Origin: Strigamia acuminata | Taxonomy: Eukaryota | DNA length: 64,000 nucleotides | Assembly (NCBI GenBank): GCA_949358305.1 | Contig: OX442314.1 | Coordinates: 7,874,001-7,938,000, forward strand | Direction of reading: 5' to 3' | The notes under the pieces: model-generated | Told to the model about the DNA's origin: nothing | The model's database searches: none | The model's input: the letters and a program-made list of their open reading frames with translations, nothing else | Made by a program: the position numbers and the translations under genes | Shown: one piece after another, positions 50,074 to 62,666 of the stretch | Numbering within the stretch: the stretch's first letter is position 1 | Layout of the letters: the number at the start of each line of letters is the position of its first letter

Positions 50074-51081
50074 ATGGTGTTCCTTAAAGAATCGGTCACA
50101 GACTACGTGAATAAATTTTTCCAAAGCCAAATCTCGGTGGGAGTAGCGGTCGCTGCCGGATTCGCAATATGGCGACTGGTGCAGCACTTCCGCTGGGGCC
50201 GCTGTCCGAAGCATTACACACTCCAGGGGAAGACCGTGATCATCACCGGCGCCAACTCGGGCATCGGCAGAGCAGCTGCCCTCGATCTCGCCCGCCGCGA
50301 TGCCCGCGTGATTCTCGCGTGCCGCAACGTGAGTTTGGCAGAAGAGACTAAGCGATACATCCGCAGATGCACAAACCGAGGCGAACTGATCGTCAAGAAG
50401 CTCGACCTGGCGTCGTTTACCTCAATCGCCGAATTCGTGCGCGACTTCAAGCGAGGTTTTTTCTCGCTCGACGTTCTCATCAACAATGCCGGCGTCTACT
50501 GCTGTCCGAAAAGCCAGACGGACGACGGATTCGAGTCGCATTTCGGCGTGAATTATCTGGGACATTTCCTGCTCACTCAGTTGCTCATGGAGGATCTAAA
50601 GAGTTCTGCGCCGAGCAGGGTGATTATCGTCACTTCTGCGCATTACGCGAAGGGCGCCATTGATTTCGGCAATCTGGGCATGCGCGAAGATGGCGAGCAC
50701 AGATACGACTGTCATCGCATGTACAGCAACAGTAAATTGGCCAATATGTTGTTCGGACTGGAGTTGAAGCGCCGTACGGAGGGAAAAGGCGTTTATGTTT
50801 ACATGGTGTCGCCCGGGATCGTTTGGACCAATCTGGGCCGCCATGTTCGTTTGCCGCTGTGGAAGAAGATTCTGTTGGCGCCATTGGTTCTGTTGCTCGT
50901 CAAAACGCCGACGGAGGGCGCGCAGAGTGTCATCTTTTGCGCATGCTCGGATCAGATTTATGATAAGTCGGGGAGTTATTTTAGAAATTGTGCGCCGGCG
51001 CAGATCGATACGAGAATCGCGAACGAAACGAGCGGGAAACGGCTGTGGGAAATGTCTGAGGGTTTGATCAAAATTCTGTAA
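50074..51081 (+). CDS. Retinol dehydrogenase 11-14-like short-chain dehydrogenase/reductase, intronless CDS, 335 aa
   Basis: N-terminal hydrophobic anchor, TGANSGIG Rossmann motif, LDVLINNAG, FGVNYLGHFLLT, catalytic YSNSK; AATAAA near 51140. Confidence 0.95.
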   Translation: MVFLKESVTDYVNKFFQSQISVGVAVAAGFAIWRLVQHFRWGRCPKHYTLQGKTVIITGANSGIGRAAALDLARRDARVILACRNVSLAEETKRYIRRCTNRGELIVKKLDLASFTSIAEFVRDFKRGFFSLDVLINNAGVYCCPKSQTDDGFESHFGVNYLGHFLLTQLLMEDLKSSAPSRVIIVTSAHYAKGAIDFGNLGMREDGEHRYDCHRMYSNSKLANMLFGLELKRRTEGKGVYVYMVSPGIVWTNLGRHVRLPLWKKILLAPLVLLLVKTPTEGAQSVIFCACSDQIYDKSGSYFRNCAPAQIDTRIANETSGKRLWEMSEGLIKIL

Positions 51082-51623
51082 GTTTTTCCTTTTATTCTCA
51101 TAGAAATGGCATTTTCGCGGTTTTTTGTATTTAAATAATAATAAAAGATTTGTAAAACTGATTCGAGTCGGATATTATAGTTCGAAAATCTCTCGCTGTG
51201 GCGCTGCTAAGGGATACAGAAACACTCAAACTGCAAACATTTTGGCACTTGTGATCATTTTATTGCATTATTAATTCAAAATTACATTTATATCACTTTG
51301 TGTATTAATTAATACATACGAATAAAGTGATTTTAATGACATGAATGGCACTCTACACTACAAACAATTAATCAAAGCCAATAGGCCTAACCTAGATAGA
51401 AAATCTGAAGACCAAAATAGCAAATTTGTTACAATTGTGACAAAAAGTTGAAAAATATTTTTCTTCAGTCATGTTTTAACGTCTCTTTTGGAACCAAATC
51501 AAAAACATTCTACTCTGATGCCAATTAAAATAATAACAATACTTTGTTTAAAAAAAATTAAACAATTGTGAGGGACACACTTTTGCGTCTCCTTGTGAGT
51601 TCAGAATCAACTGTTCTTTGTTT

Positions 51624-51837
51624 ACTTGTGTAAACTTATTTTCCATAGTAACTCTTTCTCTTTGTACGATGATTATTAATAAATTTCCTATTAACGTGTT
51701 TTCAGGTAGTAAAAGAAAGGCTTAATTAGATTTTGATCGGTATATAATTATTCACAGCGAATGTAGTGTTTAGTAAATTTGATCAGACACTGTGTACGCC
51801 CCATTGTATTTTACACGCACAAGTTAATTGGATTTTG
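51624..51837. repeat. Dispersed ~220-bp repeat, copy 1
   Basis: Near-identical to 62667-62894; ACTTGTG...CACAAGT short inverted ends suggest a MITE. Confidence 0.8.
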
Positions 51838-53529
51838 GGGAAAATGAATTATTAATTACGGTACATATCGTTTCAATCGTTTTTTAAATGGGAGTTCGTG
51901 CGGTTGGTTTTCGCAGTTTGGTCAGCGCCACCACATGACGATAAACAGAATTTTATACAATTTTGAAAAATATTAGAATTAAAATTTAAACTGAACAATT
52001 TTTTAACTTTATCAAAATCTGCCGAAAACTTGAAAATTCGACTGCAGTAGATGGAAATCAAACATTAAAAAAAATGTATGTTTTGCTCTTCGCCATCTAA
52101 ATATAAATATCAAAATCCGCCACCAGATGCCACCCGTACACGGTACCGTTGTGTGTTGTTTTTAAACAAAAAATCGTGCGATTTTGGGCGATAATTGTAC
52201 AAGTGGCGGGGTATTTATGTATATTTAGCACCATGCTAACACAAGGTTTGAACTCAAGTCGAATTTCAAATACAAATCGAAGATCTGAGGGTCAAAGGAT
52301 GACAGCGAAAAATCTGATCAAAGCGCTGACTCAGTGCAATGATGGCGGACAAAGCGCCAATGAAAACTTCGGTTTGTTTATCGTTGCAAATTTTCATTCA
52401 ACTAAGTAATTGGTTTGTATTTCTTGTTTCAGATTCAGTATTAATTTCATCGTTTGGTTGTGGCGTCTTTCGAACTTGATGTTATTTCCAAGTTGCTGCT
52501 CCGTCACGAGTTCATTATTTCTGTTTTTACTTTTCGTCTTGTTGTTAGGTAAGGTTTGACCAATTTTGCAAAAATTACCAGACATAAGGAATTGTTCATG
52601 GGAACCAGAAAAAACCGCAACATCAGAGACTTAAACTGCACCTAAACGAATTCGTTTCCATCATTTTGAACATAGTCGAACTTCGTTATAACAAACCATA
52701 ATTTAAGAAATTTCTTGTTATAACGAATAGTTAAAAACGGCTTGGTCGGTTGGGATCTGTACAAAACGCTGGGTACACCCAAAATGGGGTACCCAATTTG
52801 GGTACCCAAGATTTCCTGAAATGATTAATTAAATTTTTTACAAATTTTCAGAAATCAATACAATTTTTATTATGGGGGGCGCACATCTGCTGCGTCTCGA
52901 TTTTCCGCGATCTCGCTTCACCGCGAACAAAAAGAATTCGCACTCGAACATCGATTTTGCGCGAATCGATTTTGCGCGCATGGAAGTACGGCGACCAGAA
53001 CTACCGCGTCCACCGCAAATTTTTAATTCATTTTTTGTATTAAATTATAAAAATATAAAATCAACTCCAAACTCTAATCTAACGTACAGTGTGTCAACAA
53101 TAGTGCTTCTACACCTCTTCGTCGTGATCCCTGCATCACAAAACTTTAAAAAAATCCACAAGAAGCAGCAAATGTGGAGTCGTAAATGGCAACTCACGTC
53201 ATTGGATTCGACGTTGGATTCCAATAAATCAAATCAAACATCGTCATTCGACTTCTTTCAGGAGGTGCATTTGCTCTTGCATTAAAGTGACGTCTTGGGC
53301 CCGCTTTAATCTCACTCAAACACGATTTCCTCGCCACTCTTCGTCCCTTTCACCACAACCGTCTCCTTCTCCGGCACACTTTCCGCACGACTCTCCACAA
53401 CCCCCACTTCATTCGCGTCTCCAATAGAAAAGATCCGCGATACTGCAGCGCCATCTGCTGAGCGAACTTAAAACTGCCGAATACTGAAAGAAGGTACCGT
53501 ACTACTTTGAACCTATCCGTATGACGACT

Positions 53530-53686
53530 TTTGAACGGGTATCAGTTAAACGGGCGTCAGTTAAATGCGTCCATTTAAACGGACGACACTTAAACGGGGC
53601 GACACTTAAACGGGGCAACACTTGAACGGGTGACACTAGAACGGGCAGACCATTTAACGGGCGGACACTTAACCGCACGTTAAGCG
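53530..53686. repeat. ~15-16-bp degenerate tandem repeat (cacttaaacggggcga), likely DNA-transposon subterminal array
   Basis: About 9 units seen directly; transposon origin inferred. Confidence 0.6.
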
Positions 53687-54009
53687 CATGTTCATCGAAC
53701 GTCATTGAAACGTTTGCTAGTGGGGGGGTATAACTTACAGGGTGAACAAAAAGTCTGTATCTTTACTTAATATTTCTGAAAGTGCCCTAAAATCCCCTAA
53801 AATCTACAAAACACGAGATTCGGATCCTCAAAACACTTGTTAGGAATCAACTAAAGCTCTCAACCAATGAATTACGCATTAAATGGCAACTTGAACCAGG
53901 TATAACGATGTTAAAACACACTGTTTTACTGCAACTTAATAGTATGAACTATTGATCTGGAGTCCCAGGATGCAAATCATACATAAACAACAAACAAATT
54001 TGTAATTAG

Positions 54010-55810
54010 TGTGCTTGAGCCACGGAAATGTGGAATTCGGTTATTTTCTCCGATGAATCAAGGTTCTGCTTGTCATTCGGGGACCAGGGAGTCTGTGTTT
54101 GTCGACGAAAAGGCAAAGAAAATAATCCAAAATGTCTGAACACTTCTGTGAAGTATCCCATCAGCCTAATGATCTGGGTATCCATATCCTCCACAGGCCC
54201 AGCTCAGTTAACATTCACAGAAGGAACAGTGAATGCTGGGAAATGTCAACAGATTCTCAAGAAAAGTCTATTGCCATCAAAGAGAAATTTTTATTTGGGC
54301 CGACAAGTACAATCGTGGCCATAAAAATTGTCGCATCCAACTTGCTGCTGAAATTAAAATGATTAATTCCAATTTTTGCCACTAGGGCGAACCGATAAGT
54401 CTATTATGTCTTGTGGGTGGTCAATTAACCTGTTGTATTATAGTTGTATTGTCGTGTATGGCATTTTCAAACAAAAAAATGCATTTGCGGGCCAAAAAAT
54501 TGCAGTTATAGACAAAATAAAATGCGTTTGCAGATAAAAAAATTTCAAAGTGATGAGATGGTTGTTTGTTGTGTTTTTATTAATTGTTGTTTTTGTTTTT
54601 TTTTTAAAAAAAAAGAAAAGAAAAAAGAAAACAATATTAAATAGTTTTTAAAATTTATTTTGTTACAGATAAAAATTTATCTTTGCACATGAATTTTACA
54701 TTTTTGAACGAAATTCTGCATTTATCCAATTATATCATCATTATGAATCATTTATTTTGCTACTGACAAATGGCCTTTTGCATATAAAACGTCCATTTTT
54801 GTGGTCCTTTTATAACCATCGTTACTTAATTTGATAAACTATTTAATTTAATTTAAAAAACTGTTGGTAATTTGATTGATTTTATTTTTAGTAATTTAAA
54901 AATAGTGATTTTCTTTAAAGTTAGTTAAAAATATTGATTTTGTTTTATTTAATTTATTATTTTTTATTATTAGTTATTTATTTATTGTATTTAGTTTATT
55001 TAGTTTGCTTTTTTACTCCAGTTGAATTAAAAAATGCTGAAAACACAAACGCTGACAAATTATTCTTCTTAATAAAAAACGCTAGATTCAAATAAAAAGG
55101 CAAATTTATTTATTTCTTTTTATTGTTTAAATATTCTTTTTTATTACTTAATTTATTTGACGCTAGAAACATATTACGTTGGCAACAATAGACGCTGGCA
55201 ACTTACGACGCTGAATAAATATTATTAAAAATTACAAAAGAAATATTGATTATAAAACGCTTAATTCGGAAATGCTGGCACATTAAAACTTAATAAAATA
55301 TACTCCATAATTTGTTAGTTTTTTTCAGTTAACTTAAAAAAATGACAGCTACTATTTATAAAAACAATCCGACATTTGATCAGTTGCAGCTAAAGTAATC
55401 CCTAAAAAAAGTAGACTTGTCCAAGTCCTCTAGTGGTTGCAATCAGAACTGGTCATTTGCAATTTCAGCAGCAAGCTGAGTATGACTAGGCAGCGACAAT
55501 TTTTATGGCCAGGATTGTACCTTCAAGCAAGATGGAGCACCCTTCCATATGGCCAAGACCATAATGAAATGATTTAACACAAAAAAATTACTTTTACCTT
55601 AGACAGGTAATTCACCAGATATGAATCTCATGAAAAATATTTGGCTGCTGATGTAGAAACGATTAAGAGCTCACAAATCCAGAAATGAAAGCTGCAATAA
55701 CACAAGTGTGGGAATCAATCACCGCAGAGGATGACAAAAACTGACATCATCAATAGTGTGAAGGATTGCTGCAGTGATCAGGTGAAAGCACCATCCCACC
55801 AAATACTGAG
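54010..55810 (+). mobile_element. Degenerate Tc1-type transposase, split by a nested insertion
   Basis: WNSVIFSDESRFCL..LMIWVSISSTG..GTVNA..QILKKSLLPS from 54028, continuing after 55519 with FKQDGAPFH..NSPDMNLMKNIW; contains stops. Confidence 0.88.
54310..55517. mobile_element. Non-autonomous Tc1/mariner element nested in the Tc1 transposase
   Basis: TA|CAATCGTGGCCATAAAAATTGTCGC ... GCGACAATTTTTATGGCCAGGATTG|TA; degenerate inverted homology extends ~100 bp inward. Confidence 0.85.
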
Positions 55811-56265
55811 GTAAAACTCATTTAAAATGGTGGTTTTAATTTTTTTACTTCAAGTTTCTAAACTTTTGCAACAGGGAACACATATTTCCATACTTTTGCT
55901 TTGGAACAGATGAAGAAAAATCATCATTTCTCTCTCATTTTTTATTTTTTTTTTAGTTTATACACTTTGTTTTAAAGCTGAATAAAAGAGCAACAATGTG
56001 TAGTAACTCGTCATATTTGTCAATCATTTATTTGCACGCAACAAAGAAGAAAGAAAAAATAATTTTTGGAATCATTGATGTTTCCAAACTTATGCTTTCC
56101 ACTAGTATATGTACACACACTGTACACTGGACATTAAACACTCGTTCGTCTTTCCCGTCGCTGCACTCGTTCGTTTTTTCGGTCGACGCACTCGTTCGTC
56201 TTTCTCGTCGCTGCACTTGTTCGTTTTTTCCGTGGCCGCCTTTGCCTACTCGATTCGTTTCAATC

Positions 56266-56472
56266 ATGGCGAATCCAAACAAAGTAGAATTCGGAAGAAG
56301 TGTCCGCCAAATGGAGACTTTATTGTATCGAAATTTCGAGTACGTTAAGGAGCGCGTAAATTCTTGTGGCATTACTTCGAGGCGTTGTCGCTTCTATCAA
56401 AAGTATTCATGCAAACTTCGTGTGGTAACCGAAGGAAATATTGTTGTTGACGACAAACAACCGGACCATACG
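56266..56472 (+). mobile_element. FLYWCH-type zinc finger fragment, likely MULE transposase N-terminus
   Basis: VEFGRSVRQMETLLYRNFEYVKER..SRRCRFYQKYSCKLRVVT..PDHT follows the F..L..Y..(W)RC..C..H spacing; W replaced and ORF truncated. Confidence 0.65.
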
Positions 56473-57289
56473 CTGTTGCGATCCGGGTATTTTAACTAAC
56501 TTAATCTTTAATCTAAGCTGGGTTAACTCGCAAGTGATATGCCGTTTATAGGACTTATAATCAGGTTTGGCATCTTTGGTTTGTCTAGGGTGTATTGGGG
56601 AATAAATACATGTGTGGTTTAAACAAAAGCACAATAATTAATTCGGTTCTTTATACAATAATAAATAATGAAATGAAATGCGTCTGTGTCGCGGAATAAT
56701 AGAAATAGAAGTGAATGGCAAATGGCGTGTAACAATAGTTACATGCAACACGCGATCGGCGTGTATAACAACGGATCGTTGTTAAGATGGCTTCGTCTTC
56801 TCTAACGTTTAACTCGCACGTACGATGGCTGGGCGGGAACTCCGGAGTGGCTCTCGGTGGCTCCTGCGTCGGCGATGGTTCACGGTGAGCAAGGACTTCT
56901 CGTACGACGACGATGGCGAGCGTTCGCGCGCTCACGTTGGCGGTGATTTACGAGGAGTCTGAACTTCTACTTCTCAAAGGTGTAAATTAGCGGTTGCTAA
57001 GTCACACAAGGCGCAAACGGGTGCTAGCTTTGCACAATGGGCAAACCAAGCAGAGGTCTCAAAATACACAAACGTTAACACAATCAATACGAGCGAGATT
57101 CTCGAGCGTAGCAGTGACAAGGTGTTGTTAGTTTAAGTGTATATTCAAGAGTGTGCCAAAATTGGGGTTCCAAGCCTGGCACACTTCTGAGTTGCGCAGA
57201 AACTCTGCCCAATCAGCTCGGTTTGGTGCAACAAAGGAATCTGTTGCACCAAAACGGTTAATTACCATTCACCCCAGCCAATTTGGGGT

Positions 57290-57630
57290 GAAATCTGCTT
57301 GGGGAGTATTCTCTTTCAACGTATCCCATGTCTTTTGATCGATTAGGTTTACAGTTGACCCCAAATCAATTAATACGCTTACTTCTTGTTTTTCAATTTG
57401 CACTGCGACGCCATTATTTGGTCGTGCTGTGGTCACACAAAACGAATGGTCACTGTCATTTCCATCATATTCATATTCATACTCATTAACTCCTACATAC
57501 TGCACACGGTTCTTATTTCCACGTCCTCGACCTTCGGCACTCTTTAACCTGCAAACCTTCGAAAAATGGCCCAGTTTATGACAATAACCGCATTCCTTGT
57601 TTTTCGCGACCGTGCAATCGTTTGCCAAAT
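57290..57630 (-). mobile_element. Ty3/Gypsy gag zinc knuckle + protease remnant
   Basis: CGYCHKLGHFSKVC (CCHC) followed by VLIDLGSTVNLI. Confidence 0.85.
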
Positions 57631-57925
57631 GCCAAATAGCATTCTTTCGCCACTTGGGTCTTATCTTCCCACCTGTTGTCCACATTAAGGTGCTCTGCTG
57701 CTCAAAAAATTAGAAACACGTGAAATTTGTTTGTTTTGAAATGATCTCGTCATTTTATGGTTTTCTAACCTATTCCAATCGTTTTTTTACATCAAAATAA
57801 GCAAGAAACCTTATTTTTAAATGGAAACTTTTATTTTTCTCTTGTAATCAACTAAAATGAAAAAAAACACTGGTTCAAAAAATTATGAACAGTTGGTTAA
57901 CAATGATTTATGACAATGTAGGCAA

Positions 57926-58657
57926 TGATTTAGTACCATTTAATACCAAATAAAGTTACCCTGCCTTAGGATAACTATGTACACCCCGTCTGAAATGGAA
58001 TTAATTAGTGATTTTAATGTGCAAAAGTAGCCGCAGCTTAGTGGACTGGGGTATTGTCTTGCTGAAAGGTGGCTTTTCTGCCTTCGAGTCTAGTTTTGTA
58101 GGGACAGAAATGTTTCTTTAGCATGTCCTGATATGCATTTGCATGCATTCTTTTAGAAATTAAGGCTAAAGATGTTTTTTCCTTAAAAATAAAACCACTC
58201 CATATCATCACAATTACTCCACCTTTGAAAAATACTCCTCTTCTTTATTTAAATTATGCCAATAGTATTTATTGCCATCTGGGTCATTAAGGTTGAACTT
58301 TTTTCATCACAGAAAATTATTTTCCTCCATTCTGCATCCCAGGTTTGATATTTTTTTGCCCACTTTAATCTGTCTTCTTTGTGCTTCTTTTTCAGGAATG
58401 GTTTTGCCTTCTTTTTCATCTACTTACTATTGTCATTCTTCTTCAAAACTCAAGTAAATGTGGTATTTTATACATTTACACTCAATTCATTAGCAATTTT
58501 TCGAGCAGACTGATTTTTATTTACAGTCAAATGGAAAATGCGTCGCAGACCATGTTATTTCCACATTAAAATCTCTAATTAATTCCATGTTAGACAGGGT
58601 GTACATAGTTATCTTAAGGCAGGGTAACTTTATTTGGTATTAAATGGTACTAAATCA
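57926..58657 (-). mobile_element. Internally deleted Tc1/Tc3-like element
   Basis: ~85-bp inverted repeats (57926-58010 and 58575-58657); minus strand encodes broken DEK.FNLNDPDG..YW, VMIWSGF and FQQDNTPVH motifs. Confidence 0.85.
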
Positions 58658-58736
58658 AATCAAATCAACGATTTTCGATGCCACGAGATAATACGTAAAG
58701 CTCTTACTCCATTTCCTCCACCGCTGGTCCAAATTC

Positions 58737-59593
58737 CAGTGTTGTATCTCGTTCACTAAATCGCGAACTAGTTCTAGTTCGCGTTCATCATCGTTTTCAA
58801 TTTAGGGAACTAGTTCTAGTTCCCGTTCACCCCCAAAACTCCAAGTGAACTAAGTTCTAGTTCAGTTCTAGTTCAGTTCTAGTTCAGTTCTAGTTCAGTT
58901 CATTTTACAAATATTTTTTTGCGAATTCAAATTTTTATTTACACCATTTTATACTGTAAACTGTGGGGTCTCCATTCTCCGTGTTTTTCCCCAGTCGTTT
59001 CCACAATTCATCGAGAAGATTCAGGGGTGTTAGCCCCGTTTCAATCCAACAATCGACCAGCAGATTCATGCCTTCGAAGGAAAACGTCAGGGCGACGTCT
59101 ACCGATTTTACGAGATCGCGCCGATCGCGAACGGACGAAAAAGTCCAAATTTTGGCCCGAAAACGATTGTAAGTATCCACAAAACCTTGTAGATGAAGTC
59201 TTGGCGCACAATTTGGTGCCAAGAACACAACAAACGGACCGTTCGTTGGCCTGGAAACGACGAAAAACCGAAAACGAAAATTCGGCAATCGTCGCCATGT
59301 GTTCGAAAATGGTGAAAAAAGTCGTAAATTTCAAAAAATACCGCGATTTTGTGTGTTGGATAAATTCCTCCAATCGAGCCTCATGGTAAAAGAAATCGTC
59401 AATGATTGGCTGTGACATAAAACGTCCGGTGAACGAACTAGAACTGAACTAGAACGTAGTTCCCGTCAAAAAAACGAACTTCGTTCGTTTTTCCCGTTCT
59501 TTCAAAACGGGGAACTAGTTCGCGTTTGTAGTTCGCGAACTACAAACTAAGTTCGCGAACGCGAACTATTAGTTCTCGTTCGATACAACACTG
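58737..59593. mobile_element. Non-autonomous hAT element, 857 bp
   Basis: 12-bp TIR CAGTGTTGTATC/GATACAACACTG, perfect 8-bp TSD CCAAATTC (58729-58736 and 59594-59601), subterminal GAACTAGTTC/AGTTCT repeats. Confidence 0.93.
58935..59418 (-). CDS. Two-exon orphan ORF (130 aa) inside the hAT element
   Basis: Exon 59418-59342, intron 59341-59251 (gtattt...pyrimidine tract..ccag), exon 59250-58935. Phase-2 join is in frame; AATAAA overlaps the stop. Confidence 0.55.
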
Positions 59594-59771
59594 CCAAATT
59601 CCCATCTGTGATGACAAAATGTCCAACTGGCGGCAAGTTCAAGTTCCCCGCCATCATTCCGCACTAATAACATTAAGCACCGGTGTCTAATCAGTTTATC
59701 AACACACTCACACAGTCAGAGTTCGTGGATGTCAATTTCCCACGTTGATGTCAGCGGATTTGCTTTTCTAT

Positions 59772-59950
59772 CCTCGTCGCCAATGTAGTGTTGTGTATCA
59801 CACATAAAACGAGGACCGATCTCGAGTGTAGCATAACATTAAGTGTATCATTTAATCAGCTGTTCACAATGAGGTAACACCAGGCGCCAGGTGTTGCCTC
59901 CAATACATGCTGCCATCTAGTGGCTCATTTATACACTAAGCGACATCACA
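59772..59950 (-). mobile_element. Short Ty3/Gypsy LTR + primer-binding site
   Basis: Minus strand TGTGATG...CACTACA (59950-59784) with TATAAA and ATTAAA, then TGGCGACGAGG. Confidence 0.7.
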
Positions 59951-60142
59951 AACATGTGTACTCACAAAAAATGGATTTATTTAGTATGTTTGTTGGAATT
60001 TTGCAACCATTTCCGCACAATCACGTTACAAGTGTATAAAAACGTCCATGTCAATAAAATCAGTTCTTATTTTTCAAGATGTTAGATTGTGTACTGCTAA
60101 TCTTTTGACGCTTGTGTTTTAATTCCAACTGATTAAGGTGGG

Positions 60143-60300
60143 TGTAGTGTTGTGGATATTGTCAGTAGCTGCCGCTACCAGTCTGATCACCCGGCGGCAC
60201 AGGGCGATTGATCTTATGTAATAAAGTGGAATCAGTTTGTTACATCTAATCGACACGTTCACTTCCTGTCCCGGCTAATAACCTTACAATGGCGACGAGG
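60143..60300 (+). mobile_element. Short Ty3/Gypsy LTR + primer-binding site
   Basis: TGTAGTG...TTACA (60143-60288) containing AATAAA, preceded by a purine-rich tract and followed by TGGCGACGAGG (60290-60300). Confidence 0.7.
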
Positions 60301-62204
60301 TGAAGTAGAATATGAATTCGTTAAATCCGTCGCGAAAGTAAAGGATGTGACGGTGACGACCACAACTCCTATCGCGTGATAGTACCGGGTATAAGTCGCG
60401 TGAAATAGTGATAAAATACGAGATAATAAAGACAAGAATAGTTTCTCAAATCATAACATTTATTGTTGTTTAAACAATACAATCAATTCTAGATTATATA
60501 ATAACTACTGCCGACATTTGGCAAGTTAAAAGTGCAAATTAAACTATACATCGAATAGCCGAATGGCTCTAAAATAATAACATTACGGTTCCTTGGATCA
60601 CTGGATTCGGGAACGGCAGAACGCCCGCTTGACCGAGGTTATAGATGTCATCTGCTAGCCGGGCTGGCTGTGTCCTCGCGGTTTCCGTCGGCGCTTCGTA
60701 ATCGTGAACTGGTTCCTTCGCGCTCTTGGTTCGTATCGTGTAATGTATCGTGGGTTGATCCGAGAGGTGCGGTTGACTCATGGGCACCGCCACAACTTAG
60801 GTTGGACATTGGTTTGACTAAATGAAGTCATTTAGTCACCAAGGTTCCGCTTACGAATTATCTTTAATTCGTGTTGTTGTGAGTTAAATATTTTAACGGC
60901 TTTGATTGATAAATTGTTGTCAATTTATTATTACGAATTTATTCGTTATAAATCAAACAAGTCTCGTGACTTTATTTGGGTTTGTTAACTTGACTTTAAG
61001 TTGAACAATTGAGTTTATTTTTAGCTGTCAAAATAATGAAGGTTTTAGTCGTCGCAACACACAATTGCCGTCAAAGTTCACCTTGCCTAGCAGAACCGTA
61101 TTGCGCGTGCCCTAAGTAACAGTACGGTGAGAGACGATACTGATACTCAGGGGGGTATAGCCCGCAGTTCTGCACAACAGAATTAACCACACGAGGTACT
61201 ACTCATAAGTAGACTGCTTTGGCACCATTACCGAAGGGACGTGCGTTCCCAAACACTTGGTGCTACTGGCGGTAACTACACGTGTGCAGACTGTGTTGGC
61301 ACCAACAGGTGATGGAGTCAGTCTCTTTCAGTAACAGTGCTACTGACGGTTACTAAATACTTTGGTACCGCACATGGCTCTATTGTCCGACCACAAGAAT
61401 ACTTATGCGAAAGGCTTTCTCCTTGGCAAGACCGTTGACAGAAACATTAGTATCCTGACCTACGCCTTCAATTGACGGGGGTTGCATGGTTCAGCAGAAC
61501 CATGCTTGAGTTGTAAAAAGACAGTTATTTGACATGACCATAATCACATAACCAGACAAATACATATAACTTTTTCAACTGGCTAACTTCCTGTTGTCAG
61601 GGAGTTTTATACTTGGTGGGATTAAGTTCCACCAATCTCGTATTACAGGAAATGGATACAGAGATGCAAGTTCGGATTATGCTAATCTTTTAGCATAAAC
61701 CGGAACTGGATACCGGGGACAGGAAGTGGATACCCAGGACACATTCCCGAGTCACACATTAATCCTTTAATCTGCATGGTCACTATTCCAAGAATGTGAC
61801 CAATTCTTTCTTCCAATCATTCAATGCAATAATATAACTTTATAATATTGTTAAGTTAAATAATCTATACGAATATATTAAATACTTACTTATTATATTG
61901 AATGTTATTCATTTATTTCTGTATCTTCGCATTTACTGCTGATTTGCGATAGCGCCATCTAGTGGCGACATTGCACATTGACAAATGCGGTTTTAGCAGA
62001 AGAAATCTTTGTAGCTTTGGCCGTGATACTTTGATATCATGAAGAAAGGATTGTTTTTTCTTATCAAACGAACATATTTGTAATTAAAACACCATAAATA
62101 ACTTTATTTAGGAATTACATCGGTTTTACAACAAATACAGTAAAATTACCGTCAAAATGGCGCAACGGCGCCTTCTGGTGGAAAATCAGGCATTTATAGC
62201 TCTT

Positions 62205-62525
62205 TTAATTTGTCATAAGGAGTGTGGATTTTGCCACAAACTCGGGCATTTCGCGAAGGTGTGCCGAATGAAGAATCCCACTGCAGGACGAGGTCGAGGT
62301 GCGAAGGACCGAGTACAGTACGTCAGTGTGAGTGGAATTCAGGAATATGGCTACGAAAGCGATTATTCATTTCGTGTTGCGACGTCGGCGAAGGAGGATT
62401 GCGTGAGCGTCTCAATTGCTCAACAAGAAGTTAAAATGCTTATCGATTCTGGCTCTTCGGCGAATTTGATAAATTTGGAAACATGGAAAATGTTGAAGAA
62501 GAGAGGAGTAGTCGCACATCAGTAA
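62205..62525 (+). mobile_element. Ty3/Gypsy gag zinc knuckle + protease remnant
   Basis: CGFCHKLGHFAKVC and MLIDSGSSANLI; clearly related to the 57290-57630 fragment. Confidence 0.85.
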
Positions 62526-62666
62526 AGACTGATTTCTTATTTTACCACCAGATGGCGCGACTTGTCTCGCGCATGCGCTCTTTCCTATCGCGGATCTTGT
62601 CTATTCAAGCGAGGAACAAGACAGGAAAAGAGAGAAGCATTTATTAAGAAAATTAAAGGTTCATTC

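Noticed and set aside
52670..52812. pogo/Tigger-like end and GGGTACCC palindromes
   Set aside because: No matching second terminus or TSD found.
60569..61800. Possible Gypsy pol C-terminus and other coding-like scraps
   Set aside because: Only a weak RTQPARLAD motif; no domain I can support.
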